A stretch of 47,732 nt of DNA, from positions 1 through 47,732 of IMG/VR virus record IMGVR_UViG_3300043602_000027; one strand, 5' to 3'. Made by a program: the position numbers and the translations under genes. This DNA is from a virus. The notes under the pieces were generated by a model, which worked only from the letters and a program-made list of their open reading frames with translations, was not told the DNA's origin and searched no databases. Positions 35,341 through 42,998 of the stretch are shown one piece after another. Every line of letters begins with the position of its first letter. Position 1 is the first letter of the stretch.

Positions 35341-36842
35341 TGGCTAACGAATATCGCTTCCCCAGTATGATGTTTGGTGCTAATCCACAAAAAGTTAGGC
35401 AACCATCTTTCGGTAGTTTTAATATGGGTGGTCAGGACTTTGGTGCGCGCCCTCTACCTATGCCAGCGATGCCGCCGATGGCGCAACAGCCGCAAGAAGA
35501 CCAATATGCATCAATGATGGAGAGAATATTTAATCAGCCTAATCCATCTATTACTGCATATAAACAGCATCTTAACACTATGCCCAATCGTGAGGATTAT
35601 AAGCCTAACATTGGCAATAGAGTCCTTACTGGATTAGTTGGTGCTGCTGAAGGGATTCAGCGTGGTGCGGGCGCTGGTGTGGCTGCTGGTCAAGCTTTTA
35701 TGGATAGACCATACAATGAAGCTTTGATGGATTATCAGAATAAAGGTAATAGACTGGGCCAGCTAGCAGAGCTTGAGGATAAAGATGTAAGAAGTAAGAT
35801 GACCTTTGCTGCAAGCATGATGGAAGAGAAGAGAAAGAATCGTGACCTTGATATTAAAGTAGAGAGATATGCCGCGCAGAATGGTTTGAATAAAGCTCAA
35901 ACCGATAAGATTATGCAAGAGCTAAAGACTGGTCGTATCGAACTGAAGCAGAACGATAAGACTGGTGAGATGATGAGAATAAATTTGGATACTGGGGAGC
36001 AAACCAGTATGGGCCAGTATGCTCAGACTCCTGAAGAGAAAGCTAGAACTGAAGTTGATAAACATCGTCAAACTTCTGGGATAGATTTGGGTAATAAAAA
36101 GAATCTATTTGACTTTGAATTGCCTAAGACTGAAGCTTCACAGATTAAAGTGCATGAAGCTAATCGCATGTCTGATGCAGCTAACCCAATTAGTAATACT
36201 ACTGGATTCAATTCGCTTGCTCCATCGCAGGGAGACATAGCACATAATAGTGCTATTGGTAAAGTGATTATGAAGAATCCAAATTGGTATAAGTTTGCTG
36301 ACCCCAATCCTGCAAATGCAAAAGAAGTAGCTGCGGCTGCTGCTGCGGACAGAAAAGGATATGAGGAATTTTTAGCTGCTGTAGACCAAGTAGAAGCTGA
36401 GATTATTAGCAAAAACCAAAAAACTCCAGTGACTGCTACAGCTAGACCTAGACCTAACGTGGGAACTATTGCACCAATCACTGCGCCTGCTGCGCCACAA
36501 GTTAACTTTGGTAGCAATAAGTTTACTATGGGCGCGCCTCCGGTAAATTCGTTCTCTTTACCCGGAACCAATAGGCCAGTGCCTCCACCGGCACAAATGC
36601 CTATGCCTATGCCACCACCGGCTACAACGCCCGCACCTATAGCTAGAACTGCACCGCCAGTGGCACCAGTTAGACCTATTGCACCGCCAAAGCCACCGGC
36701 ATCAAGTGGGACTACGCCACTAGGTTCCCCAGTGAATGACCCAAGGACCGCGCGCGCGATTGAGGAACTACGTAAAGATGGACAGCCTATTACTCCACAG
36801 ATGATTGAATGGATGTTGAAGCAGCCTGATTTTCAGGAGTAG
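35340..36842 (+). CDS. Pro-rich internal-virion-like protein
   Basis: The ORF track starts at GTG 35331. ATG at 35340 (TAATG overlap) is preferred. Pro/Ala-rich C-terminal third. Confidence 0.55.
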   Translation: MANEYRFPSMMFGANPQKVRQPSFGSFNMGGQDFGARPLPMPAMPPMAQQPQEDQYASMMERIFNQPNPSITAYKQHLNTMPNREDYKPNIGNRVLTGLVGAAEGIQRGAGAGVAAGQAFMDRPYNEALMDYQNKGNRLGQLAELEDKDVRSKMTFAASMMEEKRKNRDLDIKVERYAAQNGLNKAQTDKIMQELKTGRIELKQNDKTGEMMRINLDTGEQTSMGQYAQTPEEKARTEVDKHRQTSGIDLGNKKNLFDFELPKTEASQIKVHEANRMSDAANPISNTTGFNSLAPSQGDIAHNSAIGKVIMKNPNWYKFADPNPANAKEVAAAAAADRKGYEEFLAAVDQVEAEIISKNQKTPVTATARPRPNVGTIAPITAPAAPQVNFGSNKFTMGAPPVNSFSLPGTNRPVPPPAQMPMPMPPPATTPAPIARTAPPVAPVRPIAPPKPPASSGTTPLGSPVNDPRTARAIEELRKDGQPITPQMIEWMLKQPDFQE

Positions 36843-36844
36843 TT

Positions 36845-39226
36845 ATGCCTAGAGATTACACTTCAGCACCATTGCCGCCTAACCCTACTGCTGGTGTTAG
36901 CAGTATGAATAGCAGCATGGGTAATAGCATGGGCAGTGATTGGTCTGCGAATATTCCAGCAGTTAATCCACTCATTAAACGTAACTATAGCTCTGCCCCA
37001 ATTCCAGAAACTTTACTGCCTAAAATAAGTTCACAAGTAGAAACTCCTGATATCTGGAAGATGCCAGAGACTAGTGAAGTAAAGATTCCAGAACAAGTAA
37101 ATGACTATTCTGACAGAGCTATGTTTAGTTCAGCTCCTAAGTTTAAGCCATCTTCTATTGGTCCGCAGGTTGGAAAGCCTAATGTAATAATGCCCAAGGC
37201 TCCCATGTCTGCTAGAGAGATGGTAGATACTGGAATAGAATCTGCCGCAATGACTGGTATTGGTGCATTAGATGTAGCTACTAAAGCTTTGTTTGAAGCG
37301 CCTACCCAAGAACTGCGTGATGCTGAAGAGGCTACCATTCAGGATATGAAAAAAGCAGGTGGAGAAGTAGGTGGGGGAATTGGTGAGGATTTAGCTCAAT
37401 TAGGTGGTGAGTTAACAGTAAGAGGCGCACTAAGTCCAGCGGGAATGGCATCCCTTATTCCTTATGTTGGAGCTATTCCTAAGACTGCCCAACTTACTAG
37501 TAGAGCAGCTAAAGCTGGATTGGGTAAAGCATTTCCTAGATTAGCAGCTAAGTATGCTAATAAAATGCATGGCCCAATCACAATGGAGCAGGCTTTTATA
37601 AAAGAGCTTGCTGATGCTAAGAAATTAAGAGTTATTACTGATAAATCTAGAAGTCCAGAAATTGCTAGACGTTTAGATAATTTCGATGCTGAGCTAAAAG
37701 CTGGTGGTGGTGGAGAGGGCGCTTTCCATATGGCATTAAAGCATATGAAGGGAGCACTGCCTCTTCCAAGCGAATATGAATTCAAATCTATCAGAAATAA
37801 ATTTACTGATGAAAATATAAGTGACCTCTATAAGAAAGTAACTGATTCCAATTTGCTTACTAAGGGTGATAGACTCACTGCTATGCATGGAATGGAAAAA
37901 ATTCTAGCTGGTGAGTATGGTGGTGTTCCACAGTCTGCTGAAATTGGACACTTGAATAAAGTATTTGGCTCTGAACTAGGAGAAGCTCTAGGGAAAAATA
38001 AAAGTCTGATACGCTCAATAGCTAACTCTACAAGTGCCGTAAGAACTATCAATTCTTCTAATGATATTTCATTTAACTTAAGACAGAATATTGGAAATAT
38101 TAGTCGTCCAACTTTCTGGAAGAATCTAGTATCTGACCAACGGAGAGCAATTACTGAGAAGGGTGCTAAAGAAGTAGCTGAAGAATTTACTAAATATCCA
38201 CATTATGAACTAGGAGTCAGGTCAGGTTTGGATATGGGAGATTTCCACGAAGAAAACTTTGCTAATGAATGGGCTAGGAAGTATTATCCCGGTGTAGATT
38301 TTAGTGAACGATTGTTTAATGCTGGTGCTAAAGGCCAAAGAATTAGACTATTTAATGAGCTAGTAGATAAAATTCAAGCTGGTGGGGGAATGTTTAAGAA
38401 TACCCAAATTCCTTTCACTGGAGATTGGTTTAAACATGAACCAATTAATTTCTACGAAAAGGGAAATAGTAAAATTGCTAGAGAACTAGCTAAGTTTGTA
38501 AACATTAGCACTGGTAGAGGCACACTAAATACTGGTGTTGTAGATTTCACCCGTTCTGCTAAGATTATAAACAATATACTTTTCTCTCCCAGATTAGCAA
38601 CATCTCGTATACAGATGTTTACTAAGATGCTTGACCCTAATGTTCCGGGGTATATTAAGAAAGAATATGCTAGAAACATTGCTGGCTTCTTAGGAACACA
38701 AGCTTTAGTTCTTGGAGTTGCTAAAGGATTTGGTGCTGAAGTAGAGGATGAAGTTACTAATCCAGACTTTGGTAAAGTAAAATTTGGGAAAACTAGATTA
38801 GACTTTAGTGGCGGCGTAAACTCTTACGTGCGCCTCTTGGGGCAGTTGAAGGAAGGAAAGAAGACTAGCTCAGTTTCTGGAAAGGAAACTGTATTTGGTG
38901 AGGGATTTAGACCAGCATCTGCAATAGGTCAGATTGGTTCGTTTGGTCGCCAAAAGCTAGCACCTATTCCTGCTACGATATTTGATTATTTAGATAATAG
39001 AACTGATGCTGTGGGTAAAAAGATTACACCTTTAAGCACTGCTGTGAAGCTTGGGACTCCCATTCCTTGGCAGGATGCATATGAGAGCTACACTAAAGAC
39101 CCTGAACATATGTGGGGATTGATTCCCTCAACATTTGGTGCTAGCATTCAGACCTATGGTGCTGGTGATATCAATATGAATCCTTCATCCTCTAGACGCC
39201 GTAGAACACCAAAATACGGAAGATAA
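36845..39226 (+). CDS. large internal-virion or ejection-like protein (793 aa)
   Basis: ORF track. Called from size and position. No lytic transglycosylase or peptidase motif recognised. Confidence 0.55.
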   Translation: MPRDYTSAPLPPNPTAGVSSMNSSMGNSMGSDWSANIPAVNPLIKRNYSSAPIPETLLPKISSQVETPDIWKMPETSEVKIPEQVNDYSDRAMFSSAPKFKPSSIGPQVGKPNVIMPKAPMSAREMVDTGIESAAMTGIGALDVATKALFEAPTQELRDAEEATIQDMKKAGGEVGGGIGEDLAQLGGELTVRGALSPAGMASLIPYVGAIPKTAQLTSRAAKAGLGKAFPRLAAKYANKMHGPITMEQAFIKELADAKKLRVITDKSRSPEIARRLDNFDAELKAGGGGEGAFHMALKHMKGALPLPSEYEFKSIRNKFTDENISDLYKKVTDSNLLTKGDRLTAMHGMEKILAGEYGGVPQSAEIGHLNKVFGSELGEALGKNKSLIRSIANSTSAVRTINSSNDISFNLRQNIGNISRPTFWKNLVSDQRRAITEKGAKEVAEEFTKYPHYELGVRSGLDMGDFHEENFANEWARKYYPGVDFSERLFNAGAKGQRIRLFNELVDKIQAGGGMFKNTQIPFTGDWFKHEPINFYEKGNSKIARELAKFVNISTGRGTLNTGVVDFTRSAKIINNILFSPRLATSRIQMFTKMLDPNVPGYIKKEYARNIAGFLGTQALVLGVAKGFGAEVEDEVTNPDFGKVKFGKTRLDFSGGVNSYVRLLGQLKEGKKTSSVSGKETVFGEGFRPASAIGQIGSFGRQKLAPIPATIFDYLDNRTDAVGKKITPLSTAVKLGTPIPWQDAYESYTKDPEHMWGLIPSTFGASIQTYGAGDINMNPSSSRRRRTPKYGR

Positions 39227-39229
39227 GTT

Positions 39230-40852
39230 ATGGGACAAAATTGGTTTGGGAATACTAACGTAGAGATTCCCGAGCAGTGGAAATTAAAGGAAGTGAAAAT
39301 CCCTGAGCAAATCAGGGACTATACGGGCGCGCCTATTCCTGCAAAGATTCCTCCCCCACCAGCAGCAGTTAAGCCAACGATGCCTAACGCTGAGGAAACG
39401 CTGAAAACTGGATTGGGGAAAGCATTCAATTGGGCAACCACTCCAATAGCCCCAGAATTTGAGGAAGCTGAGAATGCTACTGTAGAAGATGTAAAGAAGA
39501 AGTTTGGTGGATTTGCTGGAAAGCTAGCAGACTGGGAAGTAAAGGGAATATCTAGCCCTGCTGGTATTGCTACTCTAGGTGCTGGCGTTCCCTTTATTAA
39601 GATGGCTAAAAAGCTTGGGATAAACAAGCTTTATCACGGCACCCCTCACAACATAAATATGTTTGATATAGCAAAAAATGACCCAACTGATACATTGGGT
39701 TATATGATTCATGCTGCTGAAGAACCAGAGTATGCAGCTACCTATGCATTTAAAAAAGGTGACCCAGCTAATAAAGCTAAAGCTTCTTGGCTACCGGGCT
39801 ATAAGGTTCCTGAGCCTAATGTTATTCCTATTGTTCCTAAAGCAAAAAATGTTTTGGATATAACTGACTTCCCAGAAGGAGAAGATTTAGATAAGGTAGC
39901 TGAAGCACTTAGGATGTGGAATCCTGAGCAAAGTGCTCTTGGTTCTAGAGAAAGATTAACATCTAGTAGAGCTAAACAATTACTAGATGAGATTGAACAT
40001 GTTAAAAAATTAAAAGGAAGAAAAGATTTAACAGCAGACCAATTGATGGGACTAGAAGCATATAAAACTAGTTGGTTAAATGATGCTAGAATTCCATTTA
40101 ATAATCCAGAAATAACAGAGAAGATGGGCTTCGATGCTATTAGATATAATGATGTACATAAAAAAGCTTGGGCATTTCCTAATCCAGAAATTCTAGAAAC
40201 TCCTTGGGGCACTAAGCTTGGACAGAAACAAGACACAAAGAAAATCTGGGATATGAATGTTTCTAATCTTAGAAAAGAACAAGAAAAAGAAATGGCAGGT
40301 TTAGTTGGCTCTGGTGGATGGACTAAGGTAGGTACTAGTAATTCTTTATTTACTCCAATGTCAGCAGGTCAAAAAAATATTAGTCCACCAAAACCAAAGA
40401 ATGAGCCTTTTGAATATGAGATATTTAATCCTAAAACTGGAGTTTCTGTAAAGAAAGTTAAAACTTTAGATGAAGTTATAGATGAGATGCAGAGTAGCAG
40501 TAATTCAGCTTACCTTGACTTCCAAGCATTAGATGATAAAGGCTTCGGAATGGACGTTGAATTTTATCCAGAAACAATAGCAGCAAATATAAATAAGAAA
40601 TTAGCAAAAGGAGAAAACTTTACTACCGATGTTTTGACCCATGCTGGTAATCCTAAAATTAAACATTTGGATATGCCAGAGCTAGAGGGATACTATGAAG
40701 TATATGACCCTAAGAATGGCAAGATAGCTAAAATTGTTCCATCTAAGTATGATGCAGATGAATTGGTTTATAATAACAAATGGTTAGCTTATAAACCAAT
40801 TGGTGGAAATTCTCCTAAGACACTTAAGACTGTTAATAAAATTAATCCTTAA
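39230..40852 (+). CDS. internal-virion-like protein with a possible polyvalent-protein ART-like domain
   Basis: KLYHGTPHNINMFD...LGYMIHAAEEPEYAATYA ... MGFDAIRYND..KKAWAFPNPEILE resembles the LYHGT / G-x-YF..A..YA / G[FY]DGI...vvF.P.qI pattern I associate with ART-PolyVal-type domains. From memory only. Confidence 0.4.
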   Translation: MGQNWFGNTNVEIPEQWKLKEVKIPEQIRDYTGAPIPAKIPPPPAAVKPTMPNAEETLKTGLGKAFNWATTPIAPEFEEAENATVEDVKKKFGGFAGKLADWEVKGISSPAGIATLGAGVPFIKMAKKLGINKLYHGTPHNINMFDIAKNDPTDTLGYMIHAAEEPEYAATYAFKKGDPANKAKASWLPGYKVPEPNVIPIVPKAKNVLDITDFPEGEDLDKVAEALRMWNPEQSALGSRERLTSSRAKQLLDEIEHVKKLKGRKDLTADQLMGLEAYKTSWLNDARIPFNNPEITEKMGFDAIRYNDVHKKAWAFPNPEILETPWGTKLGQKQDTKKIWDMNVSNLRKEQEKEMAGLVGSGGWTKVGTSNSLFTPMSAGQKNISPPKPKNEPFEYEIFNPKTGVSVKKVKTLDEVIDEMQSSSNSAYLDFQALDDKGFGMDVEFYPETIAANINKKLAKGENFTTDVLTHAGNPKIKHLDMPELEGYYEVYDPKNGKIAKIVPSKYDADELVYNNKWLAYKPIGGNSPKTLKTVNKINP

Positions 40853-40857
40853 ATAAA

Positions 40858-40886
40858 TTAGGGGGAAGCTAGCAGCCGCCCCCTAA
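40858..40886. terminator. hairpin between the convergent arms (bidirectional terminator candidate)
   Basis: TTAGGGGG-13 nt-CCCCCTAA, between stop 40852 (+) and stop 40890 (-). Flanking sequence is A/T-rich. Confidence 0.65.
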
Positions 40887-40889
40887 TAC

Positions 40890-41642
40890 TTACCTAGCTA
40901 CGAACTTCCTACGATACTTCGCTCCGAAAATTAGACCAGTTCCCAACAGCAGCATTGTTGCTGGCTCAGGAACCGGGTCTGGCTCTACGTCGAATGGCGT
41001 AGGTCCGCATGTCGGACAGCCGGGAACACTAATAAGGAAAATCTTATCTGCCCCGTCATTGTATCCAGTCAATCCAAATGTAAACGTGATTGACCTAGTT
41101 CCAAGTGGCGCACTGAATGCATTGTAATCAGTGCATGTAGCTTCAACACCAGTGCCAGCCACAGTTCCATCACACCCATTTGACAAGATGTAATCTGCCC
41201 AACCTACTCCATTGCTGACATTTGGAGTAACTGTAGCTGGAGCGAACGTATAGCTTCCGATATTCGTTCCACCAATGTTGAAGAAGTTGATAGTGAAGTT
41301 GCTGAGTGTTTGTGGGTCGCTGGTATCGTTGACATCATAACCAATTAGGAAGTCACGACCAACATACGTAGCAAACAACAGCAATTCACCCGGAGCATCC
41401 CCATACGTATTAACAAGTGGATTGGGAACAAACGGTGTCCCACCACCCGTATCACCAACTACAGGCCACAATGGAGGGTCTTGATTACATCCACTACCAC
41501 CCGGTCCATAAAACACGCATGGATTGTTGATGGTATTTCCATACGTGTTATCAGGTGCAGTGTAGATTGAGATGGGAGCCGCACTTGCTACTGATGCCAG
41601 CAGAATAAAGCTTACTGCTAGGGAGCCTACGATTTTTTTCAT
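40890..41642 (-). CDS. secreted PEP-CTERM sorting-domain protein
   Basis: N-terminal signal peptide MKKIVGSLAVSFILLASVASAAP. C-terminal VPEPATMLLLGTGLIFGAKYRRKFVAR, i.e. PEP motif plus TM helix plus Arg/Lys cluster. Last gene of the minus arm and GC-richer. Confidence 0.75.
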   Translation of the reverse strand: MKKIVGSLAVSFILLASVASAAPISIYTAPDNTYGNTINNPCVFYGPGGSGCNQDPPLWPVVGDTGGGTPFVPNPLVNTYGDAPGELLLFATYVGRDFLIGYDVNDTSDPQTLSNFTINFFNIGGTNIGSYTFAPATVTPNVSNGVGWADYILSNGCDGTVAGTGVEATCTDYNAFSAPLGTRSITFTFGLTGYNDGADKIFLISVPGCPTCGPTPFDVEPDPVPEPATMLLLGTGLIFGAKYRRKFVAR

Positions 41643-41732
41643 ACTCTCTCCTGTTACCGTCGCTTAAGTTACTAACCACCCGTGAAAGACGCGCGCCCTT
41701 ATTTACCCATCGTCACTCCCCTTTCTAGTAAC

Positions 41733-42983
41733 TTAGTCTCCACCCTGTTGGAACTTGAGATAGATATCCAGTGAACTTTTCGTGAGCTTGTAAGTTACTA
41801 CGGACTTACTGCCATGTCCATTGCGATTGACATCTATGGCTTTATTCTGGATAAGCGTTTCAACTATCCTATCCAAATCGAAAGCATCTAATTCTCCCCA
41901 GTGCTTTTGTAAAATTTTATGTCTCGCTACTTCATGGCTAGGAACACTCAGTAATTCCTGTAAGAATACCGCAGTCTTCTCAGCAAACTCACCTTTCCCT
42001 ACTGGCATCATTGTTCGATTAACGTTGCCAGCTAAGTCCATACTTTCTTCTATTGCTTCATTAATATCCTCTGCCTCTAAAATTAAAGTTTGGCGCTTTG
42101 CTAAACTTAACAGCATTGCTACTTTAAGTATCTGGTCGTGGATGCGTCCCATCGTGCCAGTTTTATCGTATGTCTTTTGACCACTAAAGTCGGTATACCA
42201 TTTGTCATAGACATCTTTTGCTTCAGGATGAAATCTAAACCTACCCTTTATCTTACTGATTTCCTCTAACCACTTTGCTAGCTTTGGATAGTCTAGCATT
42301 TCCTCTTCTTCATCAGTTTCTACATCAGTAGTATCGTCAGTAAGAGGCTCGATATTAGCACGCTCGTTAGCGTAAACCAAAAAACTACGCCCAATAATGC
42401 CCCCTTCCACGTCAGCGCCAGTAATAGATTGCTTGAGATAAGAAGGATTGCTGCCACCCAACATCGTAACGTAGACTTCTTTAAGTTCTTCGACGCCAGT
42501 GCCTTTGAGCGTTGTTTTCCAATCATCTGTGAAGTCTCCGTCGTATAGGTCAGTGAGAATACTGATAGCTTGCGGGTCTGCCACTAAGCTAGCTCGAAAC
42601 TCAGAGGCGCAAATAAAGCAAGAGCTAGTATCTCTTATCTTCCCAGATTTAGTTGTATACGCTGTTGATAGTTCTTTGAGTATGCCCTGTATACTGGAAC
42701 GTCCTGTGATTATTCTAGTGTTATCTACTATCTTCACTAGTTTCTTTGCCATCTTTATAGGCACACCTTTACGAACTGCCGCAGAATCTCCAATCAAGAA
42801 TGTATAGATGTTGGGATAAAGAATATATGCAGTTGCTTTATCCTTACGCTTTCTTAGGTATACATTTCTTTTCATCACCGCGCTAAGTGCAGATAATGCT
42901 GACCAGTAAAAGAACTTCTTAGGAGGTTCAAGACCACTGGTTGCGTCTAATATCTCATTGACCCAATTATGCTTGTTTGGCAT
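41733..42983 (-). CDS. DUF3987-like replicative helicase-type protein (non-canonical P-loop)
   Basis: FFYWSALSALSAVM...YPNIYTFLIGDSAAVRKGVPI...CFICASEF resembles DUF3987 / D5-type helicase cores. However, the Walker A position reads GDSAAVRKG rather than GxxxxGK[ST]. Confidence 0.5.
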   Translation of the reverse strand: MPNKHNWVNEILDATSGLEPPKKFFYWSALSALSAVMKRNVYLRKRKDKATAYILYPNIYTFLIGDSAAVRKGVPIKMAKKLVKIVDNTRIITGRSSIQGILKELSTAYTTKSGKIRDTSSCFICASEFRASLVADPQAISILTDLYDGDFTDDWKTTLKGTGVEELKEVYVTMLGGSNPSYLKQSITGADVEGGIIGRSFLVYANERANIEPLTDDTTDVETDEEEEMLDYPKLAKWLEEISKIKGRFRFHPEAKDVYDKWYTDFSGQKTYDKTGTMGRIHDQILKVAMLLSLAKRQTLILEAEDINEAIEESMDLAGNVNRTMMPVGKGEFAEKTAVFLQELLSVPSHEVARHKILQKHWGELDAFDLDRIVETLIQNKAIDVNRNGHGSKSVVTYKLTKSSLDIYLKFQQGGD

Positions 42984-42998
42984 CGTCTTGCTTTGGCA

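Noticed and set aside
36068-36571. Long antisense ORFs inside structural and replication genes (for example 36068..36571, 19842..20282, 39799..40236, 20454..20837, 43534..43968, 8168..8575, 24201..24578, 41821..42180, 37462..37785)
   Set aside because: All lie wholly within longer, motif-supported or operon-consistent ORFs on the opposite strand. Their compositions are Ser/Leu/Ala-rich shadows.
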